From an uncultured Spirochaetota bacterium (GTDB lineage Bacteria > Spirochaetota > Brevinematia > Brevinematales > JAOACQ01), in the NCBI GenBank assembly GCA_963835575.1, contig CAWIGG010000002.1:1088001-1152000 (forward strand): a DNA stretch of 64,000 nucleotides. Direction: 5' to 3'. Positions within the stretch are counted from its first letter, which is position 1; every line of letters begins with the position of its first letter. The position numbers and the translations under genes were made by a program. This document shows, one piece after another, positions 63,550 to 64,000 of the stretch. The notes under the pieces were generated by a model. The model worked only from the letters and a program-made list of their open reading frames with translations. It was not told where the DNA came from and searched no databases.

Positions 63550-64000
63550 TCAATCAATCAATACACCAACCGGACAATGGTCTGAACCCATTACATCTTT
63601 TAATATAAAACTGTCTTTTACATGTGAAAAAAAACGCTGATTTACAAAAATGTAGTCAATACGCCAGCCGATGTTCCTTTCACGGGCTTTAAAACGATAT
63701 GTCCACCAGCTGTATTCAACAGCGGCAGGATGGAGAGCCCTGAATGTGTCAACATATCCATGGGATATGAATTTATCGATCCAGGCCCGTTCAACCGGCA
63801 GAAAACCGGAATAGTCCTCATTCGCTTTCGGGTTTTTAAGATCAATTTCATTATGGGCCGTATTAAAATCGCCCATAATAATCAGATTTTCACCCTTTTT
63901 ATTAAGCGCATCAACATATTCCAGAAATGAGTCATAAAACCTGAGTTTATATTGAAGCCTCTCTTCACTCATCTGTCCGTTGGGATAATATATATTCAGT
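63550..64000 (-). CDS. xth: Exodeoxyribonuclease III (5'-partial, runs off the window)
   Basis: NIYYPNG, GDFNTAH.EIDL, GFLP.ER, YSWW.YR, GWRIDY, SDHCPV. Confidence 0.93.
   Translation of the reverse strand, partial: LNIYYPNGQMSEERLQYKLRFYDSFLEYVDALNKKGENLIIMGDFNTAHNEIDLKNPKANEDYSGFLPVERAWIDKFISHGYVDTFRALHPAAVEYSWWTYRFKARERNIGWRIDYIFVNQRFFSHVKDSFILKDVMGSDHCPVGVLID

Overview
A 64 kb bacterial chromosome segment, mostly housekeeping genes. The organism is probably a diderm spirochaete-like one; this is inferred from lptC/lptA, lipoproteins, CarD and a V/A-type ATPase, not from a database search. Contents from left to right: (1) a folP-M23-birA block, galE, aroB and ndk-crcB-DUF190; (2) a patch of DUF and oxidoreductase genes, then mfd; (3) three tRNAs (fMet, Met, Asp) on the minus strand; (4) an 11-gene V/A-ATPase operon, K-F-E-[CofE-like ligase]-A-B-D-[USP]-G-C-I, with two non-ATPase genes embedded; (5) a cobalamin riboswitch whose BtuB-like target is cut off by an intact IS1182-family element, interrupted by a frameshifted IS5-family element and also truncated; (6) ligA, lptC/lptA, nfi, a small uncharacterised ABC/glycoside-hydrolase-like cluster, rho, rpmE, xseA, dnaX-ybaB-recR and carD; (7) a near-consensus XerCD dif site at 56181-56208 inside an AT-rich stretch, suggesting the window contains the replication terminus; (8) gmd, mutS2, prfB with its programmed +1 frameshift, an iron-containing ADH and a partial xth. 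Several palindromic intergenic elements are also present. No CRISPR array, rRNA or prophage was seen. Best candidates for new biology: the ligase and USP genes inside the V-ATPase operon, the IS sitting in a riboswitch expression platform, a minimal type VII ABC cluster, and an unexplained structured element upstream of the ATPase operon.
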